DNA of 36,895 nt, from NCBI RefSeq assembly GCF_001194135.2, contig NC_068997.1, positions 47,385,216 through 47,422,110 on the forward strand, read 5' to 3'. This DNA is from Octopus bimaculoides (lineage: Eukaryota). The position numbers and the translations under genes are program-made. Under the pieces are notes generated by a model. The model worked only from the letters and a program-made list of their open reading frames with translations. It did no database searches and had not been told where the DNA came from. The stretch's first letter is position 1. Each line of letters opens with the position of its first letter. Of the stretch, positions 22,546 through 34,668 are shown one piece after another.

Positions 22546-23282
22546 CTGAAGAAAAATTAAGACGTATATTAATGTATTTTCACATAATAATTTTTGCTTG
22601 AAGGAAGTTGCTAGAAGGAATGTCTTGCACTATTTAGTTTTACACATGTAAACTCTGACTTCAACTCTTTAAATTTAAACCAATATTACACAAGGACTGC
22701 TTGAAGTAATTATATCCATTTTCCCTACAATACCAGGATTTATGACTAGTCTAACAAAACACATATTAATTTTTGTCAATTGAGAAAGGTCTTTTTATTT
22801 AATTGACATTTTTCTTAAGCAGATTTAAAAAAAAATTTATTTTATAATTAGTCTGAAGATAAAACACTTTTAGACTAGGGAATAAGAACAGCTGAATATA
22901 TGTAAGTTTTTACTTTTTTAAGTTCATGGGGAAATATATGTAAAACCTTTTCTGAGAAGTATTGATGAGTTGAGTTTGTGTGATGCAGTAAAATTGACAA
23001 TTTCTAGCTATGTAAAAGCAAATTTTATGGGAAGGGTGTACAGACAATTGATCTGCTCTGATATATTATTTATTTTATTGGTAGGTTAGAATTAAGCTTA
23101 AGCTTGCACAAAATTTCAAATGAAAACAGTGTAGTGTCAAACTAGATATAGTAAAGCATTCATTCAAGCATTCTTCTCCATGGACCACTCTTTATGTTCT
23201 CTTGTTTCTTATGTAAAGATATTTAAAACTAAGCCAAAATTTCTTCTTTTATCTTTTTAACAAACTTTAATCATTTTTAAAA

Positions 23283-23440
23283 ATCATTCATCATCATTTC
23301 ATATCTGCTTTTCATGGTGACACGAGTTGAACAGGTTGTCATGATCTAAATTTAGAAAGTCATTTGGTTTGGTTTCTATGGCTGGATGTCCTTCCTAATA
23401 TCAACCATGTTACATAATGTACTGGGTGCATTTTCTCATG
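23283..23440 (-). mobile_element. RTE 3' UTR fragment, inverted relative to the copy at 24560-24775
   Basis: The reverse complement ATGGTTGATATTAGGAAGGACATCCAGCCATAGAAACC aligns by eye to 24588-24627. It has a (GAT)-like tail. Confidence 0.75.
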
Positions 23441-23987
23441 GCAGAAACATTAAGTGGGTTGAATAGTCCTGGGTGAGACAATACTATTATACTACACTAT
23501 CTCTGCTTATTTAGTCAATGATTTTGCAGTGTGAACAATAAGTGGAGGGTGCCATGTTCACAGTGAATGTAAATTTGGAAAGGAACAAATTTCACAGCAC
23601 AAAAGCACACATATTCATTCCTACCATTTTATATTTATTACTTCAGAAAATCAGGAACATCACAACTTTTGATTTTCCTGACATAAAATACTTTATTCTT
23701 GATTTTAGTGAATGATAAAGGTTAGGTATTTGGGCACTGCTCAAAATCTATCAATGAAGCAACTTGTAAATTAAGATTCCAGTTTGAAGGTTAGAAATTT
23801 ATGTCTCTTGAAAAAGTGCTGTATGAAAAAATAAAACTAGTATCAATGCTACTGCTGTTGCTACTTGTACTCACATTGATATTATTTACATACTAAGAAA
23901 TATATAAATAAAACTATGGATATTACTTTCCTCTAAAAATATAAATATATAACATGCTTATTATACAGTAAACTGGATCTATGGATC

Positions 23988-24775
23988 TTATATTCTAAGA
24001 GTAAAAGGCAGATTCTTTGATGCCTGTGTACATACAGCTATGCTACATGGCAGTGAAACATGGGCTGTGACTATGGAGGACTTGTAAAAGCTTGAAAAAA
24101 ATGAAGCTAGCATGCTCCAATGGATGGGTAATGTCAATGTGCACACATGACGGAATGATCTAAGAGAAAAATTGGATTTAAGAGGCATCAGATGTTGTGT
24201 GTAAGAAAGAAGACTGCACTGGTTTGGTTACGTGATGCATATGGATGAGAACAGCTGTGTAAAGAGGTGTCAAATCTCTAATTGTGGGGGGAATCTGAAG
24301 AAGGGGTAGACATAGGAAGATGTGGGATGAAGTAGTAAGAAAGGATCTTCAGATGCTGAGCCTTACTGAGGAAACGACAAGGGACTGGGAGTTGTGGCTA
24401 TTTGCTGTACTTGAGATGTGTCAAGATAAATAAAATTGTGGTCATCCGTACATACAGGCATGTCTTTTGCAGGTGCCAGTGCCATGTAAAATGCACTTGT
24501 GCTGGTGCTGTGTAGACACCCTTGTGCTAGTGCTGCATAAATGCACCCATGCCAGTGGCATGTAAAAAACACCCAGCACACTTTGTAAAGTGGTTGGCTT
24601 TAGGAAGGGCATCCAGCTGTAGAAACCATGCCAAATGGAAAACTCAAGTCTGGACAGCTCCCTGGCTGGCAAACTCCTGTCAAACCAACCATCCCATGCC
24701 AGCATAGAAAATGGATGTTAAATTTATGATGGTGATGCTGCTGCTGCTGCTGAAGAAGATGATGATGATGATGAT
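23988..24775 (+). pseudogene. Decayed RTE-clade LINE 3' end (ORF2 C-terminus, 3' UTR, (GAT)n tail)
   Basis: VKGRFFDACVHTAMLHGSETWAV...RRLHWFGYVMHM...RGRHRKMWDEVVRKDL, with stops and frameshifts. The 3' UTR has GGTTGGCTTTAGGAAGGGCATCCAGC and the element ends in GATGATGAT. Confidence 0.88.
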
Positions 24776-25329
24776 TTTCTCAAAGAAACTCAGGCTATTA
24801 AGTCATGTTTAAGAGCATGCTAGTCATTTAAAGGATGAATAATTGCACTCGTTCTCATTGTTTAAAAAATCTTGGAAATTAGATTTCAAATTTGGAATGG
24901 CCTTCATGTAAATTCAATTGTCATGATATTACCAAAATTAGCTTCTTTTTCAAAGTTAAAAGAACCTTAAGATCTTAAGAGAAGATAACTATGCACAAAC
25001 ACTTATTATAATCTCTATTTATCAAACATTGTTTTACATATGCTTTCTACTTCAATAATATTTTAATGTTAAAATGCTTTGCATTAGATATTGTTTATGA
25101 AATAAAATATAATTTGTATCTTTTTGAAATTTCACATCTGTTTGTAAGTTGTTTCACCTATATGAATAAAAAAAATACCAAGTGAATATTTTTTGGACTT
25201 TTCAGTTTTACATGGACTTCTAATAGCAATTGTTCTTGCATTTTCTTTTTGCTAAAATATATCTAATATATTTAAAAAAATAGAATGATGGAGATTATAT
25301 TTTTAAATGTGATAAAAAGGACTACTTAC

Positions 25330-25881
25330 TGACGTTAAAACTGATTGCAATCTGTTCAAGAGCTTTATAGCTTGGTACACGAACAATTCCTTTCGGGTAT
25401 GTACTGGCAATATCCATTAATTCTTGCAAATCAACATTGTTTCCTACTCCAACTGAGTATGTATGAATTCCGGCATCCTTTAGTTTCTGAGCTTTTCTTC
25501 TTGTTTCTTCACGATTGTCTGATACTCCATCAGTGACAATAATAGCAACTTGGGGTCTTTCAGGTTGTGGATAAGGACGTTCAAACATTTTCTTTGTAAG
25601 GTCCAAGGCATCAGCTGTGTTTGTCTGTCCCATTCGATAAGGAACATTTTTGATTGCATCTGATACAGCCCACCTATCTTTGTATTTGTCGAGTGGAATG
25701 TCTACATGTGCCTTGTCGCTGTATGATACCACACCCATTTTTACTTGGCATGGCCCTTGTCCAATATTGTAGTTTTTTGCAAAATTATTAACAAATGACC
25801 GCAATCTGTTATAGTCAGGAGGCCAAATGCTGCTAGAGGAGTCCAGAACAAATACAAAGTCTGCCACGTCTCCATAGCATT
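25330..25881 (-). CDS. Exon encoding a VWA domain (collagen VI/XII/matrilin-like) of a probable extracellular VWA-mucin protein
   Basis: Translation: CYGDVADFVFVLDSSSSIW...VKMGVVSYSD...GQTNTADAL...VAIIVTDGVS...IHTYSVGVG...LQELMDIAS. MIDAS residues are present (DxSxS, T, TDG). Acceptor ttttttcttAG at 25883-25882 and donor GTAAGT at 25329-25324. The exon is 552 bp, phase 1-1, with no stops. Confidence 0.93.
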
Positions 25882-26359
25882 CTAAGAAAAAAATAATAGA
25901 AACAAGTTAGTTATAACGAAAACCTTGAAAAGAATTTGGCATTTAATTAATGAACACTTGCCTAACAAATCGACAACAATGATACTCTGTAATTATATAT
26001 CGTCACAGACAATGATATTTCATAAACATAAATATTATGAGAAACCTCAATATCAAACAATCTTCATTTATCAATTCAGACACTGACTGTATTCAAGATA
26101 TGGAAAGCAAAGCAATAATAAAGGTTTGTTGTCTCTATTTGAATATATTTTACTCTAGCAATTATAGCTACCAACATCTGAAAGAAATTATGCTGGTAGC
26201 AATCAGCTTTGTATAAGACTTAAGTTTTATCATATCATAACATGTATGAAAAGTGCTGTGGTTGTGTGCCAGATTCTTTATCTGCAAGATGCGATTTCCT
26301 AGCTCTAGAAAAAAGCTCCCTACTCCTTCTAGAATTGTACCAAGGCACTTAAGATATCT

Positions 26360-26401
<42 letters not shown>

Positions 26402-26452
26402 NNNNNNNNNNNNNNNNNNNNNNNNNNNNNNNNNNNNNNNNNNNNNNNNNNN

Positions 26453-26494
<42 letters not shown>

Positions 26495-26499
<5 letters not shown>

Positions 26500-27520
26500 C
26501 TGGTCACCTTTATAGTTAATCAGATTATACAAGAAGGTGTCATACTCAATGACTTGTCTAGCAGCATTATAGCCAACCCTTACAAGAATAAAGAAGACAC
26601 CTTTGTGAGGAGTAATTACAGGAGTGTCAAATTGATAGACCAAGTCTTGAAAGTTACAAAAAGAGTTATAAGATCAACTAATTAGGAAAAGTGTTAAGAG
26701 TAGCTGAGATGCAGTTTAGGTTTGTAGCTGAGAGAAGAACTTCTGATGCTGTCTTCCTAGTAAGACAACTGCAGAAGGAATATTTTGCCAGAAGTAAACG
26801 AGTATACTTAGCTTCCACCAACTTGGAGAAAGCCTTCGATGGCGTTCCTCACTGCCTTATCTTGTGGTTGTTACAGAAGATAGGGGTAGATGAATCGCTG
26901 GTGAGAGTACATTGACAAATTTAGTGTGCAGGTAGGAGTTCACTAGAGTTCAGCTCTCAGTCCTGTCCTAGTTATCATTATTTTTCAGACCATAGCAGAG
27001 GAATTTAAGATCTGTTGCCTGTGGGAAGTCCTCTAATAAGGATGACCTTATTCTTATAGCTGGATCTGTAATAGAATTGGAAAAGAAGTTCCAGGTGTGG
27101 AAGCAAAACCTAAGTCAAAATTCTAGTAATCAAGAAAACAGATATTATGCTAATCTCTTCAAGAATATGACCCTACTTGATATGTAGAAAATGTGTAAGA
27201 AGTAATTCCATACAGTGTATTCAATGTCAACTATAGACACACAAAAATATGTAGTAGTTTCACGGGAAGATTAACAAAGAAAGTAGATTTTGTTCGTGAA
27301 GATGTGCTGGAGCAACAAACAGTAAGAGCATAAATTTTCTCAAATGCTCAGGAGGGTCCTTAGAGGAAGTAGACAGCTTCTGTTACCTGGATGACCTAAT
27401 TAGCAGTAGAAGAGGATGTTCTGCAAGTATAGTTGCTAAAATAGGAACTATAACAAAAGGCCTCTCTCTATCTTACTGTGACGGGCAGATTGTGTGATGT
27501 TTGTCTTGGAAAAGTAGTGT
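26495..27520 (+). pseudogene. Decayed RTE-clade LINE reverse transcriptase fragment with a PHD-like Cys/His insert
   Basis: PYKNKED...NYRSVKL, QFRF...TSDAVFLVRQLQ, NLEKAFDGVP, VGVH*SSALSP, DDLILIA, then a Cys cluster, then VDSFCYLDDLI. Multiple stops and deletions. Confidence 0.88.
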
Positions 27521-28063
27521 TACTGTTGTAGGGAATTAGTAATAATGGTACACCCCTCCCACGTGATGAATGGCATAACCTAGTCACTATAAGTAAAGAG
27601 AGTATGTAGCAGGCGGTGAGAGATAGTCGTGTCTTTACTGGTTTTACTAAGTATACTGTATACCGAAGTGATCATTATAAATAAACACTAAATTATATAC
27701 TTCACAAGCACAAATCTAAGATGGAAAAAGTATGCACAGACCATGGGAATTGAGTGATGTATCTGTGAGAATCCAACCAGCTGTACTAACCATCATAACA
27801 TAGCACCTATGGCATACTTCATCAAAACTCAAATTAGTGCTTATAGAGTGTTGCTATGCAAGGCATATTGTTTTTTACCTACCTCAAATCTCATGAAAAT
27901 CTTTGGATTTTGCAGCTAGACTGTAGACAAATTATTTCATAGTTTTCATCTAGCAATTTTTACTTATCTTGTGACAGAAGCAATCTCATGCATACTATTA
28001 GTAGTTATAGATGAAAAAGTAAACAGTTAAAACTTTTGATTGTAAACATTAAATTAATGAGAC

Positions 28064-28938
28064 TTGTGTGATACGTGCTGGGTGATTGTTTTTCTTTTGA
28101 AGAAATTTGAAAGATTTGAAGAAATACAAGATAAAATCGAACTACGTGTTTTTGAAATACCTTTCGATATGTATCCTGAGGAGGCTCCGGATTCCTTACA
28201 ATTAGATTTATTTGATTTGCAGTCGGATTACTTAATAAAATCCAAATATAGTAATCTGTCTTTATTGAACTTCTACAAACCCATCAATCCTGAGAAATTA
28301 CCTGCTTTGCATAAAAATGCCTTGAAATTCGTATCTCAATTTTCGACAACTTATCAATGTGAGCAGTTTTTTTCCAAACTGAATTATGCAAAAAATCGTC
28401 TTTGTACTAACGAAAACCTAAGTAATGAACTAAGAATAGCAGTCTTCTTCAAAGACATGATATTCCTAAACTTTCAAAAAAAAAAAAAAAAAGAAAAAGA
28501 AAAGAAAAAAAGTAGTTTCATCCTTCTTACTAAGCAAAGCCAAATTTTAAAGTTAAGGCTAATTACCTTTAATAAAATTATCACTTGGATAAATTTGTTC
28601 AAACATGTCATTTACACATAATACTATTTAGGTATTAATGTAATTTTTCAAATTAAATTCGGTCTGTGCTTAACTGTTATCATTTCTCTAACATTAGGAT
28701 AGGTACATTTTGAAAAATATAGAATATCTCATAAGTAATATAAACGTCCTAAATTCAGTGGTGGCGTTAATGAAGATGTTACGCGTTAATTTAATGTGTT
28801 GAACTTATCTTTACTAATGTATATCGAATTATACATAGATATATACACAGATACAAGAACCAGAACTTGTGATCCGCTCGCGGACCTTTTTCTTTGAAAC
28901 ATTTTGCCCACCGCACTAAAAAGTTTTCCCCACCCCTG
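28064..28938 (+). mobile_element. 3' fragment of a hAT transposon (GTF2IRD2/Charlie/SPIN-like transposase C-terminus) with right TIR
   Basis: ...LQLDLFDLQSD...LNFYK...LPALHKNALKFVSQFSTTYQCEQFFSKL... matches the hAT dimerisation domain. The right end AAGTTTTCCCCACCCCTG (reverse complement CAGGGGTGGGGAAAAC) ends at 28938 and is followed by GTTTAAAG, an nTnnnnAn-type target. The left end was not found. Confidence 0.85.
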
Positions 28939-29842
28939 GTTTAAAGGATGCTTTTTTTTTCTTACCTTCGTCATAGTAGTTTATTATAGCATCAAGAAGT
29001 TTGTTTTGTCTGAATATTGGTCAACAATTATTCAAGTATTTCAACAAAAGATTTTCGTTTCCAGATGTTGACTGTTTAAGTAGGAAACGTTTCAATGAAA
29101 AGACAAAAAATATATATATATAAATTACCTGTTGCATGTGATCGGCGGATTGTTATCTGAAATGATAAAAATAATATTAATTATTTTTCAAGCAACTTCA
29201 TAAATTTTTGCGGTAAAAGAAAAATAAACTAAAAACAAAAAATAGAAAAGAAAAAAAAAAGAAGAAAAATAATAATAATTTAGACTACATAACGCATATG
29301 TGTAAGGATGATCACGAGATACAGCGTTTTTTGAGCATTTTCAGAATGGCGAAATTCATGTCACTCCTGGTTTGAACACAGCTTTCTTTCAGAGAAGGAA
29401 GAAAAATTAACGCCAGTGCTAATACTTTGTCAATTCCGGAAGAAAGAAAGAAAAAGCTGACCCAGCGGGATTTGAACTAAGAAAGACGATTTGAATGTTA
29501 CACGCCGTAATTTGACGTTCTAACAACTCTGTCAAATAGGTACCCGGGTATAGAATGAAGTTTTCTATGTGATAGTATTTAGGTTAAGTTGCCCTTGTTT
29601 AACCTTAAGTGAGCTCTACATGAGCAGACTTATGATTAGAGACAATCGAGTGGTAACCAGCCTGTCTGCTTGTATATCTATCACTGCATTGTCCGAGGAA
29701 TCGATCCGTTTTCAATATTATAGTGTACGATTTGAGAGAAGTTAATTGCTGTTTTTAACAGACTGGACGATCACCGAGGTTCTTTTGGTTTTTTCCTTAA
29801 GCTAAATTCTTTGACAGGAGTCATAGGGTTTCTTTATATCTG

Positions 29843-31390
29843 TCAGTCAAGGCGTCGCCGGCCGAACTGCTTAGCTGTGAAGTTGATACGTGAGTTTGTG
29901 TTGAATTGTTTATAGAATTGTTGCCATTGTTGATTGAATTGTTGTTGTTGTTGATTCGTTAATTGTTGTTTTGTTTCCCATTCAGGGGGAAATGGAGAAG
30001 GCGCCGGAGGCAGGCCCCAGTTATGCGGCCGCACCGAACAAAGGAGTAGACGTGCAAGAGTTGGAGGTACGAGAAATAAAAGTGGAGCCCAGAAAGATGA
30101 AGGAGAGTGAAACACTAATCACTAAGGAAGGTAACATACTGAAGCTAACGCCACCGGAAGAGTTATCGGCCAACGTGTTAAAAGGAACGGTAACATTTAA
30201 AACCATGAAGACAGCCACGAGGAAAATAGAGATTGCGCCGATAGAAGCCATAAAGGAATGTATCAAGGAATTGAAAAGAGTTACAACATACGTTACGAGA
30301 GGGAGGAGATACGCCACTCTGGAGGTGCGCTTCACAACGGAAGCAATAAAACACTTCACAGAGGCAATAAGGTCAGAAGAATGGGTGCTCATGCCTTCAT
30401 ACTGCGGCAAACGTGTGGCCAAAGTGTGAGTGCGTAGGGTGCCACCCGAATTAAAGGAAGAATGGCTGATGACAGCCATAACGTATAATATGAAAGACGG
30501 GAAGATTCTGAAGGCTACAAGGACCCAGAAGGTGAACTACTGGCGATATGGTATCGAATTAACGATTCAGGCAACAACGGAGGACTTGAATAGTATGGTG
30601 GATGAGATTGTGCTGCCTGAAGATNNNNNNNNNNNNNNNNNNNNNNNNNNNNNNNNNNNNNNNNNNNNNNNNNNNNNNNNNNNNNNNNNNNNNNNTGGTG
30701 GATGAGATTGTGCTGCCGGAAGATGTGAAGCTGAGAGTTATTGTGGAGGGTGGGCCGCCATTGTGTTTCACATGTGGAGAAAGGGGCCACATGAAGGCAT
30801 GGTTCACCCAAAGAAAGCAACAAACAGAACAGGAGGAGAGACAGGAGAGGGTGGACCATGTAGTACAGGACAAGGCAACAGAAAAAGAAATGGAGAATGG
30901 ATTCACTATGGTTAAAAAGAAAAGAAGGAGGAGCGGAGGAAGCAGAAAAAGAAGAGAGAAGAGATGAGAAAAGAAACTGCGAAGGAAGGCAGTAGGAAGG
31001 AAAAAGAAAGTGGAGTTACCAGTGGATAAAGTGTGGGAAACCCAACTGTATGGAGGTGAGATGGAGAGACTATTTATGGAGGAAGAAAAGAGAGAACCAA
31101 AAATCCAGGAGAAAGGAAAGAAGATACGAGGAGGAAAAGGAGTATGGTGTTATGTAACGTACCCCAAAAATGTTGAAACAGAGAAAAAAATAATCAAGGT
31201 ACACTCAATAGTAAGAGTGAAGGTGCCTTCATACGTCTACGCAGAGGATATGAAGGCAGTATTGATTGAAGAGGAAAACTACAGAAAACTGAAAGAGATG
31301 TGTGGAGATAACGTTGAGCCGCCAGGAGTGGAGGTGGACTTTAAAGAGTTGGCACCAGTGGTGGATTTAGTTTACGCTACGCTCTGGTAA
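29843..31390 (+). mobile_element. L1/Tx1-type ORF1 element with 5' UTR and no ORF2 (possibly HAL1-like)
   Basis: ATG at 29992. GPSYAAA, an RRM-like VRRVPPEL segment and a zinc knuckle CFTCGERGHMKAW(F) are present. In-frame TGAs at 30427 and 30965 join three ORF-track pieces into one frame once the duplication flanking the gap is collapsed. Inr-like TCAGTC at 29843. Confidence 0.7.
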
Positions 31391-31987
31391 TCCAACTTCG
31401 TCTATAAAGTTATGTCATGTTAAGCTTAAATGTGGTAATTATACACAATCGTTCTCTCAGCCCGCATTTTCACATATGTACGCGTGTACAAACATATACA
31501 CACGCACATGTGCGCGCAAACACACACGCACGTGTGCGCGCGCATACACACGCGTACACATTCGTCATTTGCAAACCATCAAAGTTTAAGAAAGACCATG
31601 GTGACTGAACGGTATCACACCCCGAACATATTAACTGGAGAAAATACCTCGGGATCTGGTGCATGAAAGAGTTGGTGACAAAATATGATAAATGTAGAGA
31701 ACCAAGACATTTCTAATCAATTGACATTACTGCTGTAGCTAGGAGAAAAACTATCCATTAGCTTAATGATTAATACTAATCAAGAAAGTTAAGGGAGATA
31801 ACCCTGGAATTTGAATTTAATTTTAATTAAGAATAGAATACCGTGGCGAGTAATTTTGATTTATGGTAGATTAGTGCTTTTTATTAGCAGAATTTACTTG
31901 ATTAAGTTCTTAGTTTTTTTGCAGTTTTTAGATAGCGATACGAGAGATATAATTACAATTCAACGAACTTCCTCTCCGTGTGTGTGT

Positions 31988-32037
<50 letters not shown>

Positions 32038-33017
32038 CATTTCTCTGTCTCTTAACAAATATTGCCTTAGTAACAGGGATTCAGTTACTGGATTCTTTAC
32101 AAATGGGTATTAATGTTTTGTAAGGACAGACTCGATTCTTTGACAGATGCTTAGGCCATTTGGTAGTTTGAAATTTCACGCCCGCTCATTTGTAAAACAA
32201 TATGAAATATAGGCAACAACTCTTACGTACTTACACATGCATGACCAATGGAGAGCGTCTCTTTCTTTCTTTCTCTCTCTTTCTCCACACACATACACGC
32301 ACACACACTCAGCGTGAGCAATATTCATATGCAAATAAAGACTAAGAGGGAGATGGTATATATATATNNNNNNNNNNNNNNNNNNNNNNNNNNNNNNNNN
32401 NNNNNNNNNNNNNNNNNNNNNNNNNNNNNNNNNNNNNNNNNNNNNNNNNNNNNNNNNNNNNNNNNNNNNNNNNNNNNNNNNNNNNNNNNNNNNNNNNNNN
32501 NNNNNNNNNNNNNNNNNNNNNNNNNNNNNNNNNNNNNNNNNNNNNNNNNNNNNNNNNNNNNNNNNNNNNNNNNNNNNNNNNNNNNNNNNNNNNNNNNNNN
32601 NNNNNNNNNNNNNNNNNNNNNNNNNNNNNNNNNNNNNNNNNNNNNNNNNNNNNNNNNNNNNNNNNNNNNNNNNNNNNNNNNNNNNNNNNNNNNNNNNNNN
32701 NNNNNNNNNNNNNNNNNNNNNNNNNNNNNNNNNNNNNNNNNNNNNNNNNNNNNNNNNNNNNNNNNNNNNNNNNNNNNNNNNNNNNNNNNNNNNNNNNNNN
32801 NNNNNNNNNNNNNNNNNNNNNNNNNNNNNNNNNNNNNNNNNNNNNNNNNNNNNNNNNNNNNNNNNNNNNNNNNNNNNNNNNNNNNNNNNNNNNNNNNNNN
32901 NNNNNNNNNNNNNNNNNNNNNNNNNNNNNNNNNNNNNNNNNNNNNNNNNNNNNNNNNNNNNNNNNNNNNNNNNNNNNNNNNNNNNNNNNNNNNNNNNNNN
33001 NNNNNNNNNNNNNNNNN

Positions 33018-33066
<49 letters not shown>

Positions 33067-33644
33067 CAGAGAAAGAGTGAGAGAGTATGTGGAAAGAGAG
33101 AGGGAGATGATAGAAAGGAAATTTAGCGATCTAAGACTTGAGTTATTCTTCGTATCATATTGTATCTTTTGGATATTATTTACTGAAAACCTCCTCTTTG
33201 GGATGCAGATTTCGAAAATCAAATCCGTTTTTCTCGATGACGCACCGTTTCAGAGCCTTTCGGGGTTATATACACAGACATAGACGCATACACTCTCATT
33301 TGTCTAGGAGATATACATACACATACATGTATACATATAGAGAGATAATGATGCAAATAAACAAATAAAACTGTTTCGGTTAGATATACAAAGTATACAT
33401 ATATGAATACATGTAAATAGAGAGAAAACAACGACTGAAATTTTCCCGACGATAAGTATAAATATATATCAGGTTGAGGAAAAAGTAAGCAACGTTTTGA
33501 TCCATGAAGAATTTGTACCGGATTTTTGCAGTTTTGAATTGTTTTGAAACATTCTTTTTGAAATTGTCTAATAATACAGATACAGACTTGCCCAAATGCA
33601 TCAATAAATTAACATTGATATTTTTTTTTTGACCGTTGTTACAA

Positions 33645-34060
33645 TCATCTGTGACCGAGTTGATCGTGAATTTTGTTTGTGCGGAAGGTTAGTTAAAGTT
33701 GTATTTGTTATTAATTGTTGTGTCTTAAGGCACTTGTTTTTGCTGCCTTACGGCAGTTTTGTTAACGCTGTCCCCATTGTTTGAAGGAGGAAGCGCTGTT
33801 AAAATGGAGAGAATGAGCTACTCAGACTTGTTGTCATTTGAGGAGGAGCTGGTGCGATGTCTAGACGAAATAGAGAGTAGGAAAGGAACAGTTTCGCAGA
33901 GGCGGTGAGACAGCAGTCTGAAGATATGTGTTTGCAGGGAATTGAAAGATTCCAAGAAATGATGAAAAGGGAGAGGAACAATGTCAAGGTATCCCCTCCC
34001 AGGGAAACTACCGAAAGGGCAGCCAAAAGACGGTGTTGTATAGAACATATAACGTAAGAC
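33645..34060 (+). pseudogene. Diverged 5' fragment of a related ORF1 element
   Basis: CTGTGACCGAGTTGATCGTGAATTTTGTTT resembles CTGTGAAGTTGATACGTGAGTTTGTGTT at about 29875. The frameshifted ORF MERMSYSDLL.../SFAEAVRQQ...VKVSPPRETTERAAKRR parallels SYAAA...LKLTPPEELSANVLKG. Confidence 0.5.
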
Positions 34061-34554
34061 TGCATCGGATAGAGGTGGCTACGAGAGCTGAAGTGAATTC
34101 TCCGTTTCCCGCAGCAACAAGACAGAATTTGAGCTCACAGCTGTAAACGGAAGAAACAATTCTGCAAGTTGTCTCGTCCGTCGCTGCAACAATCCCACCA
34201 ACCCACCCACTGTTTTAGTCTCTGGTAATTTTTTAATCGACACCAATAGGATGAACAGCAGCATTGATCGTGGTGGGATATTTACTCAGAGAGCAAAGAG
34301 CCGGAACTAATACTGCAAAGCATTCTATCCGACATTCTAATGACTCTGTAAATCGGGTTGTGTGGGTGTGGGTGCTCGCGTGCATGTGTGTGTGTGTGTA
34401 CACGCATGCATGTGTGTGCCTGTGTGTGTCACGCAGAGAAAACCAAAACAGCCGTTGTTTGCGAATGAAGAAGTCTCTTGAGGTATTTCTTCTGCGTCTA
34501 GCTACGGACACTTCCATAACATCATGATAGCTTTTGTTCTCTCTCTCTCTCATA

Positions 34555-34668
<114 letters not shown>

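Noticed and set aside
26085-26177. ttctttcAG|ATG MLVAIIAR... as the signal-peptide exon of the VWA gene
   Set aside because: The better donors are phase 0 and incompatible with the phase-1 VWA exon, and the peptide is a poor signal sequence.
30596-30724. Apparent 29-bp direct repeat flanking the gap in ORF1
   Set aside because: It has the form of overlapping contig ends around a 71-N gap, so it is most likely an assembly artefact.
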